Positions 24,649 through 38,409 are shown, counted from the first letter of the whole stretch. The stretch is DNA of 63,944 nucleotides, filler included, from Octopus bimaculoides (GCF_001194135.2; 5 parts of 4 records of this genome joined end to end with filler, not necessarily neighbours in it), one strand, 5' to 3'. Numbers and translations: made by a program. Notes: a model not told the origin generated them from the letters alone.

Positions 24649-25584
24649 CACAGACAAAATAAAAAAAAGACTACACCCAGTTTCTTATTCACAGGTTTGC
24701 ACTACCTTGATTATATCCCCGTTTATGACTTCATATATGACCATTTCTTAAAAGAAATAATCTGGATTAGTCAATTATTCTTTGATTAATCAAAAGTCTA
24801 ATTGAATGATATTTTCTATCTACAATCCAGTGGTTGTGGTTTCGATTCTGACCTGCGTCAACAACATGGATTTAACGTTTAAAACAAGAAAGAAAAGAGG
24901 TCGATGCAATGACGAACGCGAACGAAATATGAACGACTGAAAGTTGATCTAATGTTATACTAACTTGATATAATATCACAGAGGAGTTAATTTTCAGATG
25001 ATCGCCATCCCTTGGTTACACGAATCTGCAACTAATTTCGCTCATTCCACAAAAGAAAATATATATATGAAAGTCACATAAGCTCATTCCTGCTCTTATT
25101 GAAATACATAGAGTAAAAGACTGTGAAAGACTTCATTTATCAAAGAAAAAGGTATGTAGAGTAGTAGAAATAGTAGAAATGGTACAGCTTTCTATTTTGT
25201 TTGTATTTAGTCGCCAGGTCAGTTCTGATTGCGTACAGCTATGACCATTCAGAGCAATGTAGGACACTATTATCTGATGTGGCTTTCACGACATTAGATT
25301 ACAGATATTTGGTTACAATTTCTAATAGATTAAGCGGTCGCATAGAGGCTCCACAGTCTTAGTTTTGACTATATTCTGAAGTTCTGAGTTCAGATCTTTC
25401 GAGGGTTAAGTGTGTGTGTGCGTGCGTGCGTGCGTGCGTGTGTGTGTGTGTGTATTTTTCTTCCCTCGTAATGATTTAGGAGTTGAAGTAGCTGTTATAT
25501 GGACTGTTAGATATGTAATTCGTCTGACGTTCCGTGTGTCATGTGGTTCGTCTGAGTTCATTGTTTCATTGTTGTTGTCTTGTG

Positions 25585-25832
25585 GGACTACTAGCAAGAA
25601 CTGCTGTTTATTGGCCTGGTATCGATGCTGCTATAGAGATAGCCAGTCGACGATGTGATTCATGTAACGAACATCAAAGGCAGCCATCTAAGCCTCCAGT
25701 TCACCCATGGATGTTACCAGAAAAGCCGTGGAGCCGCTTACATCTGGACCATGCAATAAATTTTATGGGTAGAGATTGGCTGGTGATCACAGATGCTTAT
25801 TCCAAGTACCCATGCATTCATCCTACTTCCTC
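25585..25832 (+). mobile_element. Ty3/Gypsy LTR retrotransposon integrase fragment
   Basis: LARTAVYWPGIDAAIE...CDSCNEHQRQPSKPPVHPWMLPEKPWSRLHLDHAINFMGRDWLVITDAYSKYP (zinc-binding region plus start of RVE); truncated by a gap. Confidence 0.9.
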
Positions 25833-25876
25833 NNNNNNNNNNNNNNNNNNNNNNNNNNNNNNNNNNNNNNNNNNNN

Positions 25877-25888
25877 TTAATTAATTAA
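25877..25888. other. Assembly linker TTAATTAATTAA between N runs (also 46835, 61415, 62865)
   Basis: Identical palindromic six-frame-stop 12-mer embedded in ~100-nt N spacers four times. Confidence 0.9.
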
Positions 25889-26672
25889 NNNNNNNNNNNN
25901 NNNNNNNNNNNNNNNNNNNNNNNNNNNNNNNNTATATATATATATATACATGTATTATTATTATATTATATTATATTATATTATATTATGTTATATTATA
26001 TGACACGAACACAACATATAAACATCAAAAAATGCAGAGCACTTAGTATTTCGTAGATGCACCAATGCTGGTGCCATCAGCATCACTATCATTTGTCATA
26101 TGCTCTCTTTATTTTTTTATCATCTCTGAAGCTTTTGTCATACCCTGCAAATTTTACCAACCAGAATTTTAATAGCAGTGTGGGTCGGTCGGCATCGTTC
26201 TAAAATCAAGTTAGTGTATTTCTGCTGCATCCCGATATTTTCGAAATGCACTGACTGTCTTTGCCTCAGGCATAATTTAATTGCATTATATTAGTTTAAC
26301 TACAAAGTGGAAATTAGAATTGCCGAAAGATGGATAAAGAACATAACTCTGGACAGACTTGTACACATTTGTTCCTTCTTTGCATTTTTTTTTTTATTTT
26401 GCTTTGTTCTCCACATTTTTTTTTCTTTTTCTCTGAAATCTCAATGATTGGACAGAAATTTGCTAGCTACTGTTATTGTTGTTGTTACTGCTGGTTTTGT
26501 ATTTTTTGTCAAGGTTTTATTGTTCTTGCCACTATTGCACATGTTGTTGGTAATCTTGTTGTTGCTTGTTATTGTTACTGATATATATTTTTATTGCATT
26601 TATTGTGGTTGCTATTATTGCCGTTTTATGAGGATGTTTTTTTGCTGTCATCATTATTGTATTTCTTCTTCT

Positions 26673-26673
26673 A

Positions 26674-26754
<81 letters not shown>

Positions 26755-26785
26755 TATTATTATTATTATTATTATTTATATTACT

Positions 26786-26841
<56 letters not shown>

Positions 26842-26852
26842 CATTATTATTA
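26673..26852. repeat. (ATT)n microsatellite (another at 27090-27177)
   Basis: Direct inspection; source of the poly-Y/L/I/N ORFs in the track. Confidence 0.95.
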
Positions 26853-26855
26853 GTA

Positions 26856-27066
26856 AGGCAGAAAGCTGGCACATGTTAGCACACCAGACTAAATGCATAG
26901 TGGCATTTTGTCTCCTTGCATTCTGAGTTCAAATTCTGCTGAGGTTGACTTTGCATCTCGTCATTTCGAGGTTGATGAAATAACCACCAGTCAAATGCTG
27001 GGTTCTGTAGAATCAACTGGTTCCCTCTCCCAAAAATTTGAGGCCTTGTGCCAATAATAGAAAGAA
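26856..27066 (+). mobile_element. tRNA-derived SINE family A
   Basis: gctggca...gttagcac...ttctgagttcaaattc...gaggttgactttgc...catttcgaggttgatgaaat. The family recurs at 32578-32790, 32805-33010, 33380-33603(-), 42345-42560, 45820-46000(-), 53030-53245, 53268-53480, 54965-55132(-) and 62675-62770. Confidence 0.8.
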
Positions 27067-27108
27067 TTATTATCATTATTTTTATTGTCATTATTATTAT
27101 TGTTATTA

Positions 27109-27151
<43 letters not shown>

Positions 27152-27302
27152 TATTACTATTATTATTACTATTATTGAGTGAGAGAGCAGTACATGAAAG
27201 TGACACTGGGGTACAAATTTATTCAACACAAATATATTCAGCACTGGGGTACAAAACGATTCAACACCAATTGTCAAGCAGTGATGAAGGACAAACACAA
27301 CA

Positions 27303-27372
<70 letters not shown>

Positions 27373-27707
27373 TATATATATAAATATGTATGTGTATGTA
27401 TATATATATATATATACATATACATTCGTACATATATATCTATATATACATACACACACACACACACACACACACACGCATGTATGTATGTATTTATAAT
27501 TGAACTGCACTCTTCAAAACTTGCACTAAGAATGAATACAAAGTAAAATTGCTAACTGCTTTTATAGAAAGTTGATGAAGGTAGTTTATCCCACCCCATT
27601 CTGACTTTTCAAGCAATTGAGAAAAACCACTTTATTTATGGGATGGCACAATATGAATATAACACTTACTGTTAATATAAGCCAGAGTGTGCTGCATTCC
27701 ATTACTT

Positions 27708-28507
27708 AATAAATGAAAAAATGTATTGTAAAAAAGGGTAAAAAAGTACAGTGTATACTGAGTGTACAACAAGATGGGATACAGACACAGAAGGTCCCTA
27801 ATTCTTCATCAGTTATCAACCATATGGTAATACTCAGTTTTGGACCTTCAATCATAAGACAGAACTTCCCATGCTGGTGTTGTTCCGAAAGTTGTGGAGA
27901 ATATAGGACCGAATGCAGGCTGGCCATGGGTCCCGTGTTACCAGCAGGCAGATATACATAGGGATGAGAGCAAACAAAAGAATACAGAGTAGACATACGA
28001 AAGTGAATAAATGTAATTTAAGACAACAGATGAAGATGAAGGCCCACCTTCTTTCTCTCCCTCTTTCATACTGGTTGTGTAGTTGACTGGTCATGAATTT
28101 TGTGCCCCACTGACTTGCTAGTTGTTGTTTTCTAATCCTTCAGGATGCTTTCTAAGTGTTACCCACCATTCTTGTCCTTTTGGCCCTAAGGCTATATTTT
28201 ACTCATTTCTTGTTTGTTTTGTCTTTGTCCATCATCTTAAATTACATTTATTCACTTTCGTATCTTCACTCTGTATTGTTTTGTTTGCTCTTGGCCCTAT
28301 ATTCCCCACAACTTTTTTGAGCACTGCCATCATAGGAAGTTCTCTGTCTTATCATTGAAGGTATGAAACTGAGTAACATCATCTGGTTGATAACTGAAGA
28401 AGAATTAGGGACCTTCTGTGTCTGTCTCAGATATGGTTTCACTCTCAGTATACATTGTACATTTTTTACTCTGTCATTGTTTATTTACAAGACATTATTC
28501 ATTTATT
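27708..28507. repeat. Long inverted repeat pair (~27708-28030 / ~28230-28507)
   Basis: Reverse complement of the left arm matches the right arm (tcttaaattacatttattcactttcgtat...gataactga(t/a)gaagaattagggaccttctgtgtctgt...ctcagtataca), with a ~50-nt indel. Confidence 0.85.
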
Positions 28508-28519
28508 ATTTAAATATAT

Positions 28520-28730
28520 ATATATTTGACCGTTGACTGAACACTATTTAATTTTTTTTCTCTGTGTTTTTCTCCTTGTCTCCGTATTCTTTCTGTTGAA
28601 GAGTGTAGCTCGAAACGTCAAAGACTTTCCGTATTCCCGAGCATCATACTAATACATCCTTTTGTTATTTACATCACCTGTCCTCGTCTGTTGTTGTTTT
28701 TTCATACATTCTCCCATATATATATATATT
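28520..28730 (+). mobile_element. Short repeat with Penelope pLTR-like hammerhead motif and (TA)n tail
   Basis: TCTTT-CTGTTGA-A-GAGT gta GCTC-GAAA-CGTC-AAAGA at 28588-28624. Confidence 0.55.
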
Positions 28731-28737
28731 ATATATA

Positions 28738-29694
28738 TTGGGTCATCCCATAAATAACGCGGTTTTTCAATTGCATTGCATGAATTAAAAGTTGGAGGTG
28801 GATGGGATAAACTACCTGCATCAATTTGCTATAAAAGTGAAGTATACCAACAGTTCAAAAAAGAAAGCAGTGAACTTAGGCTTTTATTTGCTTACAATTC
28901 GACCAGCTCTGAGTGCTTTATGAAACTTTTGAAATACTTGTCTTCATAACCAACAAAGTGGATGGTAAGAGACAATAAATGCATCTGTACAGTATTTCTA
29001 GTCTTTGTTTCCTATTTATGTTATACACAATTTAATTTATACTTATTCAGCAAGATACAAATATACACTATTAATATCCAGCACAAGTCCACATACTCAA
29101 AAGAAGAGTCTACATATTTAAACAAATGAACCAATATATCCACCTGATTAATATTGAATTCACTTAATTTTTACTTTTCACTTAATATTCTAATAACTTT
29201 ATAATGATTTAAATGCACAAAGTCAGATGAAACAGGTTCAAATTCTCTGGCTATTTTAGGAAATCAACGGCTCTATCTGAGAACTATAAAATACATCAGA
29301 AAGCCTTTCTACAATCTACATAATTTCATAAAATCACAACAAAAAGCAGGTAGTAATTTTACCTTGTCCTTATTCTTTGAGCAAGTTTTGAAAAGTGCAG
29401 CTTGATTTTAACAGTTATTTTTGCAAAGCTATGATGGAAGCGACATAGTAGCACGTTCGGCATGTTTTGCTTTATGAGCTCAATAAAGGCAACAACAGAA
29501 TGGAAAGTGCAATGAATATTAATGCAGTATATGGAGATTGGGACAATAAGCATAAGCCAGTGAAACTACAGCCTAGAAGACGATCCTCGTCCTGGAAGAT
29601 CTGTAGAGCTCAATGAGAGGATGTCCTGCAAACCCTTGTGGCGAAAAATCCCATTGTAACTGTTGAGGAACTAGCAGAGAAGCTTCAGTTTGGT
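28738..29694 (+). mobile_element. 5' fragment of a second mariner element with an internal insertion
   Basis: ta|ttgggtcatcccataaataacgcgg terminus. 29434-29694 encodes HVRHVLLYELNKGNN...INAVYG...SLEDDPRPGRSVELNE...KNPIVTVEELAEKL (mariner HTH). Confidence 0.75.
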
Positions 29695-30652
29695 AGTGAC
29701 TTTGAAGTTTTAGTCACCTAAGCCATCATCAGACTAGTGTATTTGAATTCAAGTAGCTTTATATAGTCTCTGTTAAGTTAAAAGTTACATATACTTTTAA
29801 GTTATAACATATATATACATATACAATAGGCTTGTTTTAGTTTCTGTCCCCCAAATCCACAAGGTTTTGGTGGTCAACCTGGGTTTACAAAAACACCTGT
29901 TCAATGCTTCTCAACCTCACTTCCAAGTAAAATCACAGTAGTATAAATGTATTTCAATGGCGAAAAAAATTTTAAATCAAGAATTTGACTGCATTTAATG
30001 AAATAACATTTCCAGTAATTTTTGTATGAAACCTGTGTCTAGATAACACCTTTACAAAATTATAGTGGAAAATTTTAAACCTAAGAAACAGTGATTAGAT
30101 AAATTAAAAAGTGGTCACAATGTAGACCTTGATATACAAAAATGATAGGATGGGTACAGCAGGAATACTTTTGATAAAAACTTTGCTCAATCAGGACTGA
30201 TCTAGAGATCAGCAATAACAAGCAAGAATCCCAGAAAATATTTCATGGCACCGACATAAATAGTATTCTGATTCCAAGAATTCTGACAACTCCTTGAACT
30301 CCACCTCGTATATCCACCACCGTTTTCTGGAAGAAATCAAAAATATTAGCATAGGCTTAAATATGATGGCCCTTCTTTTCTGCACCCTCTCTCTCACCAT
30401 ATGAGACCATTCTTATTTTCTTGAAGGTTCCAATCAAACCAGAGAAAGACATTTGTTAGGGAAAAATCTCTGCAAGACATGTCATAAATCCTTGTATGTG
30501 AAACTCTGTTGACTAAAGGAAGTTTTTGGTATTTGTCATATTCCTCATTTTCGGTAGAAATAACTCTCTAGTTACTAATACTGGATCAAAACAAAAACAA
30601 AGACATAAGCAAACAAATATACACATGTGTGTTTATGTGCATTGTATGTGTG

Positions 30653-30692
<40 letters not shown>

Positions 30693-30818
30693 TTTATATA
30701 TATCACATATATAAATGTATATATTTGTGTGTGTACAGATGTGTGTGTGTGTATGTATATATATATATGCACATATACATATATATGTATATATGTATAT
30801 ATATAGAGAGAGAGCGAG

Positions 30819-30888
<70 letters not shown>

Positions 30889-31237
30889 ATGTATGTATGT
30901 GTAAATATATATGAACATATATATATGTATGTGCATGTATGTGTATATGCACATACATACATATATATATGTATAAGTATGTATGAGTGTGTATATGTAG
31001 GGAGAAAGATGTAGAGGTGGAGTAGATGAATCATCAGTGACAAATCAACTTTAACGACATAAAAAAAAACACATACACACACAAACACTGTATCACTCTC
31101 ACCAGTTTGTTAGCAGTAAACAAATAGTTCAGTGCCAATTGTATTAACCTATTTGTATTGCTTTGTTTCTTTCTCCTTTATTTTATTTTCATTTTTCATT
31201 ATATTTTCTTTGTTTTCTCCCGTTTTCTCATAGGTTT

Positions 31238-31304
<67 letters not shown>

Positions 31305-33638
31305 ATCTGTCTTTCTTTCTTTCTCTCTCGTTTTGTTGCCATATGTACATTCCCACATACATATATATTCACATATGTCCCTTAGTCTTCCTTCATTTTC
31401 TCTCATCCCTCTACTTCTCTCTGGCATGCACACGCATTCATACTTATATATATATACATAACTGCTTTCATACATATATACAAGCATACATACATGTATG
31501 CATACATGCAAGCTTGCATGCATTCATACATACATGGGAAGAGTTCTTGAAAGGAGAGAAATTACAAGATATCTGTGCATAATATATGCATAAATATACA
31601 CAAGACGCATGCACAAATGAACATATTTACATGCAGATAAACACACAGACATATTTATCTAGAGAAAATGTAATACCGAAATAGTGACAATCAGAGATAT
31701 AAGTATGCATAATATAATCATAAATATAAAAGCAATAGATGTATAAACATGTTTATAGACATATAGACACATTTTTGCTCAGTTACATTAATTGCATATG
31801 TGTATGAAGATATGTATATATTATATATACACATACACACACATGTATATATAAATATATATACATGTGTGTGTATGTATTTGTATTTGTATATGTGCAT
31901 GTGTTCTATATACATATATATGTATGTCTGTATATACATATGTATAAGCAAGTATAGAAATATATGTATTTGCACATCCAGACATATACACATGCATACA
32001 CATACACACACATGCATGCACATATACGTGTATGCTCATGCACACATATACACGCTCATGTGTACATTGCATCACCCTCCCCTTCCATCAACACATGCAC
32101 ACATATGTACAAACACAGCGCGTTGAACCCAAATTAAAAATAAGCCAAGAAACAAAAGACGATAATTGTCTGCTTTTCTGAGATTGACATTAACAGCTAA
32201 GTTCTCAGTGACAACACTCTAATGAAAACATCTCAGAACATTCTAGAAAGACTTCTAATCTACAAATAAAAAGCATTAATCTTTGCAGTGATGAAGTCTC
32301 AGAACATTTCTGTAGAATGATGGCTCATTCCAGCACAGCTCATCTGTTGATGTCAATAAAGGACATCAGGGATGACTATCTATGTTTTTATCTGTTAATT
32401 AATGGCGTACTCTGCTTTGGGTTTAGATTGATGGCTGTGGTTTTGTATATTGTTGTTATCTATATTACAGTACATCTTGCTTTATATTATGCTGTACTCT
32501 AAATAACAGAGGTTGTTGTTATTGTTCTGGTGGCGGTGGTGGTGGTATTGATGGTAATATCATTATCATTATTATTAAGGCAGTGAACTGGCAGAATTGT
32601 TAGAATGCAGGGTAAAATGCTTATCAGCATTTCTGCCTTTACTGGGTTCAAATCCTGCCAAGGTTGACTTTGCCTTTCATCCTTTCAGGAGTCGATAAAT
32701 TAAGTACCAGCTGTATACTGAGGTCAATGTAATCAACTAGCACCCTCCCCCAAACTTACTGGCCTTGTACCAAAATTTGAAACCAATATTATTATTATTG
32801 TTGATGAGCTGGTAGAATCACTACCATGCTGGATAAAATGCTCAGCAGTATTTTTGGCCATCTTTATGTTCTGAGTCCAAATTTCATTGAGCTTGAGTTT
32901 TCATTGTATCCTTTCGGGGTTGATAATACTTACCAGTCAAGCACTGGGGTTGATGTAATTGACTAACCTCTTCCCCAAAATGTTAGGCCTTGTACCGATG
33001 GTGGAAAGAAAGAAAAAAATTGTTGCCATTTATCTTTAGCAGACCTTCCAGCAGTGACCATCTCTTCTATTACTCAAATGCAAAGAACCTACAGCCACAT
33101 TATCCAACAATTTTTAACTTTTTTAAGTGGTACAATTTGAGGCAATTTGGCTGTTATTTCTGGCAGATCAAGCCACCAAGCAAAAGCTCCCTTATATCTG
33201 ATCCACATTAATTTTGTCATACTCAAACATCCTGCATCAATAGTTGGCCTCTCGTATTGAAACACTTCCTACAGAAGACTTGCATGCCCACCAAATCAAA
33301 GATAATTTTTCTTTAAAATACACACTTGGACCAAATATCAGCTATCAAGTTATATTAATATATTAGTTTTCAAATATGAGAATAAGGTCAGCAAATTCAG
33401 GGAGGGAGTAAGTCGATTACATCACCCCCCCCCCCNNNNNNNNNNCCCCCCCCCCCGTTCTCAACTGGTACTTAGTTTATCGACCCTGAAAAGATGAAAG
33501 GTAAAGTCAACCTTGGTGGAATTTGAACTCAGAACGTAAAAATGGACGAAATGCCACAAACATTTTTGCCAATGGTACTTACAATTCTGTCAGCTTGCTG
33601 CCTTAAGTAATATAAATATATTATTATTACTATTTCTT

Positions 33639-33986
33639 TTATTACCTCTGCCTTAGTGAAGGTGGAGGTATTGTTTCCAGTCATGTTTGTTTGTTAGTTT
33701 GTCCATGGACAAGATATCACAAGAACTGCTGGATGGATTCTTGGCCTCGTAACTGACACAAACTGATTAGATTTTGGGATCGATCTGGTACCAGACAAGA
33801 ATTCTGGATTATTATTCATGTTTTTTTACTTAATTTTTGAGAGCAGTAGGGTTCATTTTTAGTATTCTTGTTTGTGAGAGCAGTTGTGTTTATTTGAGAT
33901 ATTCTCATTTGAAAAGTCATCTCTGGCTAATCATTGAGATGACATTGGTTTTGCCTTGGCAGAGGTTTGTATTCTCGGAGGGTTTC
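33639..33986 (+). mobile_element. Non-autonomous Helentron/DINE-1-like element (HINE)
   Basis: ttattacctctgcc...gaaggtggaggtattgttt...(gttt)n...ccttggcagaggtttgtattctcggagggttt: subterminal inverted repeats and T-rich ends. Second copy at 54257. Confidence 0.7.
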
Positions 33987-35077
33987 TTGTTCTTATTGCT
34001 ATCCTATTTATTGCTTCGTTATTTTAATTTTTTTTATTGTATTTATTATTTTCATTTATTACATCCATTATTTTCTTTTTCTTTTTTGTAAATATCATTT
34101 TCATTAATAAAAAAAAAACTTTTCTTTTTATTTCTATTTTTGATAAAATTTCATCTTCATATATGTTTTTTTAAATTTTCTTTTTTCTTTTCATAGTTGT
34201 CATACCTTTGCAAAAACTTTGCATGTCAAATCCATTGATTTAGTCCGTTACATATGTGCCTGTATTCTTACGTAGCCGTGGGTATATACATGTGTACCTG
34301 TTGGTATATATATATATATATACCTATGTGCATGGAAGGTACATTTCTTTTTTTAAATGTGAAGACAGGGTAAAAAAACAAGCAGGGTATGTTAGATTTA
34401 CACTCAGGAAAATTAGGTATCTTTAATGTTTCAAATGTATGCTCTTCTATGGAAAAGCTAGATGAAGAGGGAAAAAAAATAAAGAGAAAAGAACAAATAA
34501 GAGAAAAGAACAATAAAAAGAAAAGAACAAATTGAGACACAAAATGTGTCTCAATTAGACACTCACCACATCAAGTATGTATATACTCTTATGTAGGTTT
34601 ATGTATGTGTGTATATATATATGTCTATATATATAAGGAATGGCTGTGTTGTAAGTAGCTTGCTTACCAACCACATGGTTCTGGGTTCAGTCCCACTGCG
34701 TGGCACCTTGGGCAAGTGTCTTCTACTATAGCCTCAGGCTGACCAAAACCTTGTGAGTGGATTTGGTAGACGGAAACTGAAAGAATTTTGTCGTATATAT
34801 ATGTATATATGTATATATATGTGTGTGTGTGTTTGTGTGTCTGTGTTTATCCCCACGACATCGCTTGACAACCGATGCTGGTGTGTTTACATCCCCATAA
34901 CTTAGCGGTTCGGCAAAAGAGACCGATAGAATAAGTAGTAGGCTTACAAAGAATAAGTCCTGGGGTTTATTTGCTTGACTAAAGGTGGTGCTCCAGCATG
35001 GCCACAGTCAAATGACTGAAACAAGTAAAAGAGTAAAAGAGTGTATATATANNNNNNNNNNNNNNNNNNNNNNNNNN

Positions 35078-35137
<60 letters not shown>

Positions 35138-36034
35138 GTATATTTTCCTTTTGTTTCTTCTTAAATAGAATTTCACATTCACACATATCAGTCAGTGAGT
35201 AGATGTTGAGAATTTCTGTTATGAAATCACTCCCTACTGCCTTAAGAAATAGGTTACATCAAACAATGGAAAACCCTGATGTACAAATACATGTGATGGT
35301 CGTTACTAGAATATTTTGATCATAGTTCTACTCAATTACAGCTGACTTGCTAATTAAACAATAACAACAAAATCAACATTTGTGAACCTGCCTTCTCCTG
35401 CTTTCAGAGTTATCCATCTACTTTTCCATCCACTTCAACCTTCTATCAGTCTGAATAATTTAGGTGTCTCTGAACATTAAACAAAAATGATGAATTGTCG
35501 TCAGAGAGGCTGACAGAATGACTTGTAACTCACAGTGTTCTGCATTCGAATATTACCAAGGTCAACTTTGCCCTTCATCCTTTCAGGTTTGATTTAAAAA
35601 TACTAATCCAGGTTGTGGGGTGGAGGAACTCATAGAACATCAGATGTTTGTCTTGAAATGTCTCTTTCTGCTATCAACAATTTAACAGTGATACCTTTGT
35701 TGATATTGGTGCCAAGTAGCATAAACCTTACCTTTTCTGTGGACACTAATAGGGGCATAGATAGGGGAGACTTGCATGTACAGACATCTACAAAAACCTT
35801 GCTTAAGTTTTCCTTAGCCTTTTAGCATTCAGACTACTCTGTCAAATGTAATGCTTATCTATTTACACTGTATTGAATTAATCATGTCTTAGCTTGTACT
35901 GCTAAGTATTAAATGATGTGATCGTTTATTTTTAGAATGACACCATGTATTAACTATAGAAAATAGTCTAATATTGGGACATATAAGCTCTCAATGGAAA
36001 GAATGTGTATTAGTATGTTATTATTTTATTTATG

Positions 36035-36322
36035 TGCCCTTCTAAAGCCTAGCCAGGCTCATGGGCCCGATTTCCCAGTTTCTATGGCATATGTATTCCC
36101 CCTAGCTGGACGGAACGCCAGTCCGTCACAGCGTTACTCAAGAAACAGGAAGAAAGAGTGAGAGAAAGTTGGGGCGAAAGTGTACCAACCGCTGCTGGAG
36201 TCTTGTGGAGCTTTAGGTGTTTTCGTTCAATAAACACTCACAACACCTGGTCTGGGAATCGAAACTGCGATCTTCCGACCATGAGTCTTCTGCCCTAATC
36301 ACTGCCCATTGCACCTCCACGT
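36035..36322 (-). mobile_element. tRNA-derived SINE family C
   Basis: Reverse-complement match to 41884-42201. Confidence 0.8.
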
Positions 36323-36856
36323 ATTAGTATGTGTGGGAATCAAAAATAAAAGGTGTGGGTTTGATTCTTATGCATACTAATACCCATTTTTTTCTCATTG
36401 AGGGCTTATATACCTCAATATTAGATTATTTTTTGTAGCTAATATGCCATGAACACTTGTAAGCTTAAAGCTTATAGCTTTTATTTACAGAATTTTCATT
36501 CATCATTGTTTCTTAATTTTAGAATGACATTGTAGGGTAGGTGTGAGAAGCTGGATTTGGCTGGTTTGATCATAAAATAGGTGGAATATTTGGCCCAGAT
36601 ATGGCCAGTTTAGATGCTAAAAGGTTAAAGAGTAACTTTTCAAGTTTAGATACTGAGATTATCTGTAACAGATGACAAATGATATCATGAATGCAAATAA
36701 TATTTACAGCAGATGTGGCTGTGTTACTAAGAAGCATGTTTTTCCAAATACATAGTCTCAGGTTCAGTCCTGCTGTGTAGAACCTTGGGCAAATGTCTTT
36801 TCTTATAGCCAAGACTAACCAAAGCTTTGTGAATGGATTTGGTTGACTGGTTGTAC

Positions 36857-36916
<60 letters not shown>

Positions 36917-37559
36917 ATGTGTGTGTTGTGTATGTACGTGTTGTGTGTGCATGTGTTTGTGTGTGTGTGCATGTGTGTGAATATGTGTATGTATGTATAT
37001 ATATATTATTAAGACAAGGAACCCAATTCCCTTAAGGGATGCGAGCATCCTAGTTCTCCAGTTTCGAATATGGGAATTTGAACTAAATTTCATTTCTGTG
37101 ATTGACTTGATTGGGTGTGGAAACAGCTGTAGGCAGGAATATCTCTGTAGGAGTTTGAATGTCTTTAAATAAATAACATCTGTATGTCAATTTTATCCAT
37201 TTTCTCATATATATATTTTGTTAATTAGATATGAAAGATGGGAGGTATGAGAGATTTTATTAATCCCCACAATTGTTTCGACCCATCTAGCAATTGATCC
37301 CTCACACACACACACATGTATATAATAAGATAATATGAGGGAACTTGTTGCTGGTGGGGAAGGCAGAAGAAGCGCATCAAAATATGTCACATTTTGCTTT
37401 CTATTCAACTGATCCATGTTGAAGTAGATCACCTGTATATATAGTCTGCTGGATTTCAAGTGATTAGCATAAGGAGAGAGAGAATGATAGGAGTTTGAAG
37501 GCAAAATGAAATGACAAAAAAAGGAGAAAATTGAAAAGCAGAGAAACAACTGTAGAAGT

Positions 37560-38240
<681 letters not shown>

Positions 38241-38409
38241 TGTGAAGAGATTCAAACAAAGTTATGTGACTAGAAGTAACGTTTGCCAATTGTTGACATC
38301 TCAAGATTTACTACAGATGGTGAAGACATTAGTTTCCTGTGTAGACTGATTGTACCACTGAAACATAAATTATTAGTGATGTAGTTGTGTACAGATTGTC
38401 TATGCACTT

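Noticed and set aside
25877-25888. Recurrent TTAATTAATTAA palindrome
   Set aside because: Always inside N spacers; an artificial six-frame-stop linker.
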